Source of the DNA: Craspedostauros australis
Lineage: Eukaryota
DNA: 41,662 nt
Direction: 5' to 3'
Assembly: GCA_030167865.1 (NCBI GenBank)
Contig: JALAGF010005827.1
Location: forward strand, 1 to 41,662
Shown piece by piece: positions 22,575-32,946 of the stretch. Every line of letters begins with the position of its first letter. Position 1 is the stretch's first letter. The position numbers and the translations under genes were made by a program. The notes under the pieces were generated by a model. It did no database searches. It was given only the letters and a program-made list of their open reading frames with translations, and was not told the origin of the DNA.

Positions 22575-22593
22575 CAACCATCGAATGGACCAA
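22575..22593 (+). repeat. Target-site duplication, left copy (19 bp)
   Basis: CAACCATCGAATGGACCAA, identical to 24661-24679. Confidence 0.9.
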
Positions 22594-24660
22594 TAATAAT
22601 AACCACAATGACTAACCCAAGAAAGGGATGCCCCGAGGGCTTTAGGCTCGCCCGGCCACGCCACACAGTGACGGCCAGGTCGAGCACCACAAACAATAGC
22701 GCCCACCACGCGCAACAATGAGGAGCCAAACGCCCACCCCGCCCACGCTGCCAGACCGACGACCGGCCTCGATAGCCTGCCGCCTTCCTACGGGCCCACG
22801 GCCCCAGCCAAAGACGCTCCGTCCGCACCCAGGCCGCCATAGGCGGCCTGGGTGCGGGTAGGAGCGTCTTCGGCTGGGGCTAGGGCCTACCCATGCGCCG
22901 ACATCGGGAGTCCTGTATCTTAATCGCCCACCATGCCCAGCCTGTAGTGTCCAATGAACTGCCTTGGGAGTGGCCAATACCTAGTACGTCGCGTTCTGCA
23001 GCCCCCAACAACTCCACTGCCCCTGAGGGAATCGAACCACCCGCCCTATCGCCAGGGCCATCGTTCGCTGGGACAGCACTGTTTGGGGAACCGCCTCGCA
23101 CTGCCCGTACAAACCTGAGCCATGCTCGCCTCGTGTCAGCGCCAGCCACCGGACTAGGCGCGGCACCACTTGCAGCCACCGCCAAGTCGCACCTGTCCCA
23201 CCCATCGAAACCGCTTTCCCGCTCCCTGACTTCTTCTTGCTCCTCCCGCTGCGCACTCAACCCGGCGAGGACGGCAGCCTGCCTTTGTTTAGCTTGGTTA
23301 CGGCACCTCCACAAGCTGTGCACGAAGCGCCAGCCTGCTAGAACCGCGTCGCGGGCCCAAGACTCCACTGTGTAGAACCGCCTGCCCGACCCGTGCTCTT
23401 CAAACCACTGCTGCTGTTGCTCGCACCACACGTGCGGTACCCAACCCATGAGAACGGGCCACCACCGCACGGGAGACGACTCCTGGAAGCCATCCCGCAC
23501 CGTACGCCCACAGAACGATCGGAGACTGGAATAGACCAAGCTGACAAGCGGGCCGCTCGTCCCAATGGTCTCCAATTCCTCCACATACTGCTGAAAGCAC
23601 GCTTCCCAGTCCTGCCCTGAAGCAGAACAGCGGACCACGTGCACCACGGACTCGACTTGCCCACACCATGGGCACCGCTCCTCGGCACCATATTGCTTCA
23701 GTTTCGCGCCGACCCCAATAAAACCCGTCGACATCTTAGCCACGAACAAACGCTGCTGCCAAGACGCCCTCCTGCACGCGGCACGGCGTCCTTGGGCCTC
23801 AACAGAGGCGCTGTCCTGCCGCACACGTCCCATCTTTGTGTCCCAATAGTCCTCAACTGCTGCGCTCACCACCGCGTCGTGGATACCGGCTGCTGCCCAA
23901 GACGACTTCAGACCTCGCGCATACAACTTCCAAGTAAAGGAGCCTTCGCTGCGCCACTTGGGTGTTGGCTTGCACACCATCTTGTTCCAGTACCTTTTGG
24001 CCTCCGTGTCGCAGTGGACGTTAAGAAGCACCCACCGATCCAGCACCTTGGATCCGTCGTCCTGGTGCCCACGCACCCATCGGAACCTCACTGCCACGGC
24101 CAACCTGCGCCGCAGCGCCTTAATATGATCCAGCATATCGAACGACAGTCTGCCAACCTGCGCCACACCATCCCGGCTGTTCTCCATCGCCTTCATCCCA
24201 TCCAACCCTATCACTACCGGCCCTGGCCCGAGATCGCCGCCCTGCGCCAGCTGCACTAGCTCACGCAAGATTCCAGCTACCCCAGCCAGCTCACTTCGGT
24301 ATGCCGACTGCACTTCACGCGCCCCAGGTACCACGTTGCACCCTGTGCGCTGTACACTGGAGTCCATGATGCTCAAGACGTAGGCCGATGTTCCAAACCC
24401 GCTCTTAAACAAGCCATCACTGACCGCCATAAGATCCCCCCTGCGAATGGCCGCTCGCAACTCCGAGTCGGACGCATCGCCTGAAACTTGGCCTCGCTCC
24501 CAGATTGGAGTGGAACTGTCAATTGTGTTGCACTGGGTGGGTGACAATGTTTCTCCCACTCGCGGCTTCTCTACCACGGCGAGCATCACCCCGCGGGGGC
24601 TCATGCATTGGACGGAAGAACGCTGGGCATGTGCTGGCAGGTGGTCGCGCACCTCGTCGG
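22594..24660 (-). mobile_element. 5'-truncated non-LTR retrotransposon (LINE; RNase H + zinc-knuckle C-terminus, resembling diatom Ambal-type elements)
   Basis: Flanked by a perfect 19-bp direct repeat; 3' end ...GTGGTTATTATTA (short TTA tail); GC-rich relative to the flanks; encodes RNase H and a CCHC knuckle but no RT or endonuclease. Ambal-clade assignment is inference. Confidence 0.88.
22801..22880 (-). other. Long RNA hairpin (36-bp stem, 3-nt loop) at the start of the retroelement 3' UTR
   Basis: + strand: gccccagcc-a-aagacgctcc-gt-ccgcacccaggccgcc-ata-ggcggcctgggtgcgg-gta-ggagcgtctt-c-ggctggggc. The a/c mismatch becomes a G-U pair on the element's sense strand. Confidence 0.85.
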
Positions 24661-24667
24661 CAACCAT
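22880..24667 (-). CDS. C-terminal fragment of retroelement ORF2: RNase H domain + CCHC zinc knuckle (595 aa)
   Basis: RNase H motifs AVSDG, SAYRSELAG, IGLDG, WVRGHQDD, NVHCDTEAK; knuckle CPWCGQVESVVHVVRC. No stops or frameshifts. ATG 24667 lies in the right TSD. Confidence 0.85.
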   Translation of the reverse strand: MVADEVRDHLPAHAQRSSVQCMSPRGVMLAVVEKPRVGETLSPTQCNTIDSSTPIWERGQVSGDASDSELRAAIRRGDLMAVSDGLFKSGFGTSAYVLSIMDSSVQRTGCNVVPGAREVQSAYRSELAGVAGILRELVQLAQGGDLGPGPVVIGLDGMKAMENSRDGVAQVGRLSFDMLDHIKALRRRLAVAVRFRWVRGHQDDGSKVLDRWVLLNVHCDTEAKRYWNKMVCKPTPKWRSEGSFTWKLYARGLKSSWAAAGIHDAVVSAAVEDYWDTKMGRVRQDSASVEAQGRRAACRRASWQQRLFVAKMSTGFIGVGAKLKQYGAEERCPWCGQVESVVHVVRCSASGQDWEACFQQYVEELETIGTSGPLVSLVYSSLRSFCGRTVRDGFQESSPVRWWPVLMGWVPHVWCEQQQQWFEEHGSGRRFYTVESWARDAVLAGWRFVHSLWRCRNQAKQRQAAVLAGLSAQREEQEEVRERESGFDGWDRCDLAVAASGAAPSPVAGADTRRAWLRFVRAVRGGSPNSAVPANDGPGDRAGGSIPSGAVELLGAAERDVLGIGHSQGSSLDTTGWAWWAIKIQDSRCRRMGRP

Positions 24668-24679
24668 CGAATGGACCAA
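24661..24679 (+). repeat. Target-site duplication, right copy (19 bp)
   Basis: CAACCATCGAATGGACCAA, identical to 22575-22593. Confidence 0.9.
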
Positions 24680-25898
24680 CCTCTACGAGCTATGCGTGCT
24701 AGTCTACCATCGTATTATACCAGACAATCTAGTCTGAGGTCCGCTCGGCGGTCGTTCTTTGATCCAGACCCTTCAATGGTGTGTTGGTGGCGTGTTGTGG
24801 GGAGGCGTCGCATGCAGGAGGGATAGTCGTACCTTGCCCATGATTCAAGACGGTCCGAGCACCCAACGCCGACACTGCCACGAACCGTACCCCTCCACTG
24901 ATGCCTATCACATCATGTTTGGAAGAGCTATGGCGCCAGAGTACGCACAACAACATCACCATTGAGACGAAAATAAATCATTGTTGGAGTTGACGATTGC
25001 TGACCACATCTACGACGCGGTCTACCATGTTTTCGTGGACACAGCACAGCACAGTGCGAATAGTACGGTAAAATGCGTGCGTGATGTGATGTGGCGTGGT
25101 GTCTTGAGGGACAATGGCGTCCATCACGTAGTTGAGACCCTGCTCTTCGCTCTGACAGACACGAGTGGTGTGGTGTGTACTCGCAGACGTCCAGGTAGTT
25201 TGGAGCGAATGATGTCGGCACCAACAAGCCGTTCGCGGGGTAGGCACGGAAGAGGGGAGCAAGGATCTGGCTTCACCAGCAGCAGGTGCATGCCAACACA
25301 TCCATGGCATGGGTGTCTGCCACAGCTCATACTACTGTTTGCATGGGGAGACAGGGCGGTTCCGCATCACGGATGTATGAGGGTGATCAAACGAATCATC
25401 CCCCATCTCCCGCCTGGGGCACCCCTCTCTCCCTCACGCATCTGAGCATTCAGGTGGTGGTGTCCATGCAGTGTTGAGCGGTGATACTGGGCCCTCGGTC
25501 GTAAATGGGTGGGCCTGATACGATGGCTGTGTTCGGTTTGTGATCGTTGCGCTTTTTCCTCTTTTGTCCAACTTGCCTGCCATGAGGCTCTGTCGTCTGG
25601 GAATACCTGCGAGCTGCAACAGCAGCAGCAACAACAACGGTAGCAGCTGCCGCCACACGAGCGCAGATCATGCACCCACGCGAGGAGGACAGGAAGCAAA
25701 AGTGTACTATTATGGGAAGCACGCGAAACAATGGATCTTTGGCGCAAATCCGAAGTTGCTCGCACTCCGCGAACCGTCCTCGCACCGTTTTTGATAGATG
25801 GATCGTATCGCAGATCCGCGCTTCCGCTCCTTGCATGGAGTAGATCTTGGCCTCTGTGCGAGCTATGACTATGACATCGGCCCAGGACTCTCTCCTTC

Positions 25899-26692
25899 AT
25901 GGCCACCGATCAACACGCTCTCGCTTTGGATCTAAATGTGTGGGCGGCAGCTGCTGCGCCACTATCATTGCATACGATGCGTGACTTGCTGGACATGACG
26001 AGATGCCACTTCTCGTTCCCTGATGCTGTCTTCATGGTTGTTCGTTCTGTTGTTCCGTGCCCACAACTGCGCCCGTTCCCCCTCGCCAGCCTTGATTTAG
26101 TTCATCGTCGTGTCATGCTATTGCCTGCCAATGTCGAGACTGTTCGGTTTTGTGTCGTTCCCATCTCTGGTGTGCAGGGTGACAAGGCTTTGTGTCGTTT
26201 GACGAGAACCGGCGATAATAAAGTGAACAGAAAATAGTCGCGACGGCACCAGCTCCGCCAAGTTCAATGTCAGTGAGTACTTGGCACGCCCCGAAGACGT
26301 CGCAGTCTTGTCACATGATACCAAAATAAGAGCCATTCATTAGGTATTGAAACAGGAAAAGAACTTTATCATCACGATACGTGTTCTGCGGAATGCCCCA
26401 GGGTTTTGTACTCCTATTCTGGTTAGCGTGGTCCATCGCGAGTTTCTTCGTTTTGGGATGTCATGTCGCAAAAGCGCCGTGTCGATTGTTCCCAAAATAC
26501 GAGAAGTGGGACATTGCTCGGAACGCTTTCGTTGCGATGCTGTTGGCGCAAGCCACCTTCACCGCAAACGACGTTCTGTTGTCAACGGAATCAGAACCAC
26601 GAGCTGCGACTTCAGGCACTACCTCTGCTATTAACAACGGAAGTGGTGTGGTTCTTCACATGGTTGAGCAGGGACTGCGTTTTGTCAATTGA
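25899..26692 (+). pseudogene. Probable decayed paralog of the 2151-3590 LRR-like gene
   Basis: NVETVRFCVVPISGVQGDKALCRLTRTGDNKVNR aligns by eye with NSKSVEFGRCALAGDGADLCRWLSLGDCRVTK of ORF 2151. The frame is broken into several short ORFs (25899, 26347, 26381) by stops and shifts. Confidence 0.4.
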
Positions 26693-27471
26693 AAGCGCAA
26701 CAGGACAGCAACGATCGAGGACTCTGCCACCATCGCTGCTTGACAATTCTGTTCGCGTTTCGCAGGTCATACTCCTGTCTGCGAACTACGAGTACGAGTA
26801 CGAGCTACGGGCTACGCGACGAGGCAATCACGAAGACGACATCGGCTATGATGGAGTAGTACCCTGTTGTCAATTCTCCTCATTCCACCAACATCGACAC
26901 CAACATCACATCAAATCACACAAGGAAAACGGATCGAAAGTCCAGCCTTGGGCCATTCCAGTTCCGCGTTCGTGCAACGCACCAGCGCTCTGTCTCCTCT
27001 CTTGCATTGATGATCACCACAGCATTCACAGAGACAAGCCATCAACCACACCCCATACGTTGCACCAAGGACAGGAAGACGGAAAGAGACAGAAAAGAGA
27101 AAGAGAGAGCGTGGTTGGGTGAAGGACGACCAACAAATTCAACAAAGACAAGGGGGCCTCCGGAAGCATCACAATCGCACAAGTACAATCAGCGGCAGGG
27201 GCAGTTGATCCAACACCATTCGTCCATCATCCGCACCAGTGCTCTCGCATCATCTCGTGCCCGCACGCATCCGCTTTCCTTCCTTCCTTCCTTCCATTTC
27301 GTGAAGCGCAGATAGCGAGCCAGGGGCCTTGCAAATCAAATCAACGCTACACGTGTGCCACACTCGCACCTGTACTCGTACATCATCGCCACAAGGTCTG
27401 CAACATTAACAACGACGAGCACAATCATGCACGCGAAACGAGCAGCACACGCATACACAAACAACCACGCA

Positions 27472-28872
27472 ATGATGGAAGACAGCAACCACGGTGGGCG
27501 TCCGGGTGAGCACTCTTGCCCCCATACCGCGGAGAGCGACAAAAGTTCGTCGCTTGCGGAAGACCCGGCCGTCATCTCGTGCTGCGATTCTTTGGAATCC
27601 TCTTCCGTCGCAACGATGAACGGCAACATGGTGGATCTGGAGTATCACGTCATCGAGATGGTGTACCAGAGCTGGAAAGCAATCACCACCATCCCCGACT
27701 ACCCCCGCGTTGTGGGAGAGCTCCTCTTCCGAAAGTGAGTGCTGCGGCCGTCCTACCAATGCTGACAGAGCTTGGTGATTGCGAATGATCTTTGAGCATG
27801 CTCTGTTTTGCGTGCGCATGTGCGAAGAGGATGCTCCACCACGCTCCAGCTCGGCATGGCCAGCAGCATAGCGAAATCATCACTTTCTCACCATTCTCTG
27901 CGTCAACATGCCCACTCACTGCTCCCGTTGCTTGCTGTCACACTTGGCTCACCATCTCGCATCACATGATGTCCCATCACATCCCATCACCAACTACCGT
28001 GCTGCGACCCATCATCAAAACCTAACGAACACACGCATCATTCGTCCCCGCACAGCCTGTTCGAGGTTGCACCTGGCGCCATTGAGATGTTCAGCTTCGG
28101 CGCTGACATTGACGAGAGCGGACGAATCCCCGAATCGTTGTACACTTCGAAGATCTTCCAGGATCATTCGATCATCGTGGTGAAAGGTTTCGAATCCGTC
28201 GTTCACGCCATGTATCATCACGAGGAGCCGACGGAACTCGAGCGATTGGCGCGCATGCTGCATGGCCTTGGCGCTCGACATGTCACGTACGGGGTGCATC
28301 CCGCGCATTACTCCATGGCGGGACCGGCCTTTCTGCGTACGCTGGAGACGGGATGCGCTGCTCTGGACGAATCGACACACATCGAGTGGACGCAGGAGCT
28401 GCAGCAAGGCTGGAAGGCGACGTACAACTTCATCGCCACGGCCATGATGGGCGGAGCGGGAAACGAGCTGGAGCTGACCAAGATTCAGCGTCGCGATACG
28501 GAACGCCACAAGTCCGCCACCATGCGGTTGCACATCCTGCGACCCAGCGCCGGCACGTCGAGGTTGACGCGAGGCAAGACCCTGCGAAGGAAGCCGCTGT
28601 CGTCACGTCCATCATCATCGGGCATCCCGCAGAACATCGGAGGTCGTGATCCGCAACATGCTTCCAAACAGCAGCAAGCACCCGCGTTGCCGAAAGCAGA
28701 ACCTGACACGAATCCGCAACTGCCGCAGAGGCGGAGCGCCACGCGACGATCATCCTCATCCGAAGCAGCTGAATCAGCGGGCGGGCAAGGCGGCGCGCAC
28801 AGCAACTCGGGGAATGGCTCGAGACATCATCGTATGCTGTTCAACCAGGGTGTTCCCAATCGTGTTCGATGA
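27472..28872 (+). CDS. 3-over-3 globin with disordered N- and C-terminal extensions; exons 27472-27734 and 28056-28872
   Basis: A helix MVYQSWKAI; spliced B/C helices GELLFRNLFEVAPGAIEMF (CD1 Phe); distal FQDHSIIVV; proximal LGARHVTYGVHPAHY; H helix WTQELQQGWKATYNFIATAM. Intron 27735-28055 (GTGAGT...CTAAC...CACAG). Alternative start 27427. Confidence 0.9.
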
Positions 28873-29448
28873 GGTGGGACCAGGAAAATTTTGTTCGCAC
28901 AGCAGATCGATGCTGTGCTGCGATGTCAGAAATGTCGAGGAAGAGGAAAGAAGCGCAATCGGGGAAGCAGATGGAACCTCGGATAGACAGAATGGATGGA
29001 AGTGACGAACTGTCCAATAAAACTGAAAGGGTGAACGTTTTTGAGTTGATAGATCCAGTCGCACCAGTCTCCAGTTGCTTCCCCAAAACGGTATTGCACA
29101 TGTGACTATGCGTTGCTTCGCAGTGCGTTGGCACCAGGGATGATCTCATCTTGATCTTTGTCAGCAACCAAGAATTGATTGTTCCTTGGTTGGATGGGGC
29201 CTGCTGCCGCGCGTGTTGTGTGTGGCTGTTGTTGTTCTTTCTAGCTTTCGTTGATGTAGACTTAATCGTCTGTCTGACGTGCGGACGACACGAACAACAT
29301 CCAACAAAATCCAGACACATCAACTCAATCACCTGCATGCCATCATTGCTCACAATTGATGAACGAATGCATCTCCAGAGAGGCCGTGTCTGAAACCCAA
29401 CCAGACCGAATCATAGTCGTAACAAACCACAACGATACTAGTGCAACG

Positions 29449-30783
29449 ATGGACTTCTCACGCGATCACGAGCACGTGGAATCGGTGACAACTCGTTCGA
29501 AGCTTCGATTCATCGAACCCGATCACGCCGAAGATGCCAACACGGAGGATCTGTCATTGGATCAGCGGCTGATCTGCGCCGCCAACAAGGCCGCGGCCGA
29601 CTGCCTGCTGGGACCCCGCGTGGCACCCGAGGAGCCGCTGACGAAGAAGCAGAAGCGACTGGTAGACGCCACGCTGTACTCCGAGCGCATGACGCCGCAT
29701 TGCGGCACCATCCAGGCCGACGATCTCGTGGTCATCTTCGAATCCTTCGACAACCTCAACTTCACGTACGTCGAACCAGGCAAGGTCTTCTCCAATCGCA
29801 ACGGCAACTTCCATCACGACGACTTCATCGGCCAACCGTACGGCTGCAAGATGCGCTCGCGCAACAACCGCGGCTACGGCTTCTGCTACCTCCTCAAGCC
29901 CACGCCCGAGCTGTGGGCCCGCTCGCTGAAGCACCGCACGCAGATCGTGCACGAGCTCGATGCCAGCATGATCGTCTTCCAGCTCGATCTGCGCCCCAAC
30001 ATGACGGTCGTCGAATCGGGCACGGGCTCCGGCGCCATGTCGCACTGCATCCTGCGCACGATCGCACCGCACGGCACGCTGCACACCTACGAATTCAACG
30101 GCGTGCGGGCCGAGACGGCGCGGCGGGAGTTTGCCAAGAACCGCGTGGGGCATCTCGTGCAGGTGCATCATCGCGACGTGTGCGGGTTGGGCACCGACGA
30201 TCGCGGCGGCTTCGATCTGCCGCAGGCCAGCGTCGATGCCATGTTCCTCGATCTGCCGGAGCCGTGGTGGGCCATCCCGCACGCGGCGCATGTGCTCAAA
30301 TCCAACGCGCGCATCGCGACGTACAGCCCGTGCGTGGAGCAGTCGCAGAAGACGCTCGTGGCCATGAAGGAGCATGGCTTTCATTCCTTCGTCACCAAGG
30401 AATTTCGGCTGAAGGAGCATTACGTCGATGAGTACGAGATGGAGAAGGTGCCGCGGGATAAGCGTCCGCCGTCGTCCAAGAATCCGTTCGTCAAGACGGA
30501 TGAAAAGGGAAAGCTCATCAGCATGAGCAAGACTGGGCAGCACAAAGCGGCGACCACCAATAACGCTACTACCAACAGCAGTGACAATAACCAGATTGCA
30601 GATGGCAGGAAAGCGGGTGCAGTAGCCACCAGCAATACCGGCATCACGCCGACCAAAACGAAGGCATTGGTCTCCCGACCATTCGTCAACATGAGAGGTC
30701 ACACCGCCTTCCTCACATTCGCAACGGCTGGCAATGCGCTGCGGCCCAACCCTCTGGATGAACATGATCAGAAGGATACATAG
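29449..30783 (+). CDS. TRM61: tRNA (adenine-58-N1)-methyltransferase catalytic subunit
   Basis: Motifs LLKPTPELWARSLKHRTQIV, VVESGTGSGAMSH, LHTYEF, HRDVC, DAMFLDLPEPW, YSPCVEQ, GHTAFLTFA. Likely start MDFSRD; the ORF is open from 29356. Confidence 0.95.
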   Translation: MDFSRDHEHVESVTTRSKLRFIEPDHAEDANTEDLSLDQRLICAANKAAADCLLGPRVAPEEPLTKKQKRLVDATLYSERMTPHCGTIQADDLVVIFESFDNLNFTYVEPGKVFSNRNGNFHHDDFIGQPYGCKMRSRNNRGYGFCYLLKPTPELWARSLKHRTQIVHELDASMIVFQLDLRPNMTVVESGTGSGAMSHCILRTIAPHGTLHTYEFNGVRAETARREFAKNRVGHLVQVHHRDVCGLGTDDRGGFDLPQASVDAMFLDLPEPWWAIPHAAHVLKSNARIATYSPCVEQSQKTLVAMKEHGFHSFVTKEFRLKEHYVDEYEMEKVPRDKRPPSSKNPFVKTDEKGKLISMSKTGQHKAATTNNATTNSSDNNQIADGRKAGAVATSNTGITPTKTKALVSRPFVNMRGHTAFLTFATAGNALRPNPLDEHDQKDT

Positions 30784-31153
30784 AGTACACTATTACACCT
30801 TGAAGAGTCCTCACGAGTATTTTGTGTCCAAAGACTGTGAGGCAAGGTGCTCAAGTCAGTATTTGTCAATAGTTGTCTATATTCGTTGCGGGTAGGCTAC
30901 AAACTGGAATTCGGAATCGCAACGTGTTTTGTTGGTGGAGTCTTGGAAGGACTCGATGGAAGCCAACAAAAAACAACGCGATTGCGAAAGGTTGAAGTGT
31001 GAAGAAACACGTTGTTCGCCATCACTTCATTCATAATGTTCCATCGGAGGCAGACAGGTGCAATACGGCCACTCGCAGGGGGACAGACCTATCATATCAT
31101 ATTATATCATATAAATAGAATAGTGCATTACACAACATCAATCAAGTAGCAAG

Positions 31154-32923
31154 ATGAAGCTCGATCCAACGGTGCTGCGCACCATGGGAGGCACGGACTT
31201 TCGCGTGCTGGAGGCGGTGGAGAAGGGCATGTCGAAGCACGCTCTGGTGCCGGTCCCCCTGATCGCCTCCATGTCCTCGCTGCGCCACGGAGGAACGGGC
31301 AAGATCATCTCCAGCCTGCTGCGCGACAAGCTGCTGTCGCACGACAAGAGCTGCGGCTACGACGGCTACCGCCTCACCAACGCCGGCTACGACATCCTGG
31401 CCCTCAACAACCTCAAGCAGAGGGGCTTCCTGGCGGGCTTCGGAGACCGCATCGGCACGGGAAAGGAGTCCGACGTCTACCTCGCCGTGCATCCCAACGG
31501 ATCGCAGGTGGTCCTCAAGATCCACCGTCTCGGCCGCACCTCCTTCCGCAACGTCAAGCAGAAGAGGGACTACTTCCAGTACCACAACCGCGGAAGGGCC
31601 TCGCGCAACGGACGCCTCCCCTCCAACAGCAGCGCCAACTCATGGCTCTTCCTCAGCCGCCAATCCGCCCTCAAGGAGTTCGCCTTCATGAAGGCCCTGT
31701 ACAACGTCGACTACCCCACGCCGCAACCCCTGGCCCACAACCGCCACATGGTCGTCATGAGCCTCATCCGCGGCGTGCCCCTCTACCAGGTCCACTCCAA
31801 GCAGCTCTCGGGCGACCAGGCCGCCTCCATCTTCCACCAGGCCTCGGACTTGGCATTCCGCCTGGCCCAGCATGGCCTCGTGCACTGCGATCTCAACGAG
31901 TTCAACCTCCTCGTCGACCTGTCCGGCATCCAGCAGCTGGCCATGGACTCGGAGCACGATCCTTACGTGCGCCATTCCGGCATGTCCGTCGCGGCCAAAT
32001 CGAATCCGGGCATGCTCAGCGCGCGCGGTCCGTGGGAAGATCAGGCCACGCGTCAGTTCGGTCCCGAGGCCCAGTTGCGCGAGACCGTGGAGCAGGCCCA
32101 CACGCCGCAGGAAGAAGCACCACCACAACCGAAACAGTATCTGGAGAACGGCGAGGCCAAGCCCATCGTGACGTTGATCGATTTCCCGCAGATGGTGTCG
32201 ACGCAGCATCCCAACGCGGAGGAGCTGTACGAGCGCGACATGAAGTGCCTGCACAAGTTCTTCACGCAGAAGTTGCATTGTCAGATTCCGGAAGAAGAGG
32301 AGGAGCGGTTGCTGTTTACGTGGGAGTCGTGTCAGGCCCGCATGGAGGAGAAGCGGTTGATGCGTCGCGGTGCTGGCGGCGACGAAGCGGAGACGGGGGA
32401 TGGCGGTATCGCGGAAGAAGCAGGAGAAGAAGAGGAGGTTGTGTGTCTCGCCAGCAAGGCACAGTTGCGGCTGGATCAGGAATTGCAAGCGAGCGGGTAT
32501 TCCGAGGAGGATGCGAATCGAGATTCGGAGCTGTACTATTACTACAACGAGTCCAAAGAGAAGGACGCGCTGGCCGGTGTCGAAGAAGATAATGAGAGCG
32601 ATGAAGACAAGGACGCGACGAAACACGACGACGGCGACCAAGCAGATGATGATGACGACTCGCTGGGCATGGCGGACCCCAACGACGACACCCAATCCAT
32701 GATGTCAACGGCCTCCGCGATGACAAATGCCTCCGCAGCAAGCCGCATCCTGGCATCGGACGAACTGCGCAACCTGACCCGGCAGCAGCTGCAAGAACAG
32801 GCCCGATTGCGCGTGGCACAGCAGCTGAAACGCAAATCGCGACAGCGCGGCGCCTTCCGCAAGCACAATTCCAACAAGACCTTCCTGAAAGGCAAGCGGA
32901 TATTTGAGGATGATGTATTTTAG
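31154..32923 (+). CDS. RIO2: Serine/threonine-protein kinase RIO2 (40S maturation)
   Basis: N-terminal winged helix DFRVLEAVEKGMSKHALVP...YDGYRLTNAGYDILAL; IGTGKESDVY, LKIHRLGRTSFR, SWLFLSRQSALKEFAFMKAL, HCDLNEFN, IDFPQMVS. Confidence 0.96.
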   Translation: MKLDPTVLRTMGGTDFRVLEAVEKGMSKHALVPVPLIASMSSLRHGGTGKIISSLLRDKLLSHDKSCGYDGYRLTNAGYDILALNNLKQRGFLAGFGDRIGTGKESDVYLAVHPNGSQVVLKIHRLGRTSFRNVKQKRDYFQYHNRGRASRNGRLPSNSSANSWLFLSRQSALKEFAFMKALYNVDYPTPQPLAHNRHMVVMSLIRGVPLYQVHSKQLSGDQAASIFHQASDLAFRLAQHGLVHCDLNEFNLLVDLSGIQQLAMDSEHDPYVRHSGMSVAAKSNPGMLSARGPWEDQATRQFGPEAQLRETVEQAHTPQEEAPPQPKQYLENGEAKPIVTLIDFPQMVSTQHPNAEELYERDMKCLHKFFTQKLHCQIPEEEEERLLFTWESCQARMEEKRLMRRGAGGDEAETGDGGIAEEAGEEEEVVCLASKAQLRLDQELQASGYSEEDANRDSELYYYYNESKEKDALAGVEEDNESDEDKDATKHDDGDQADDDDDSLGMADPNDDTQSMMSTASAMTNASAASRILASDELRNLTRQQLQEQARLRVAQQLKRKSRQRGAFRKHNSNKTFLKGKRIFEDDVF

Positions 32924-32946
32924 AGACATTTGAAAGTACTGTGACG

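Noticed and set aside
24890..25150. Possible ankyrin-like remnant (FGRAMAPEYAQQHHH*DENKSLLEL; NGVHHVVETLL)
   Set aside because: Similarity is too weak to support by eye and has an in-frame stop; it needs an HMM search.
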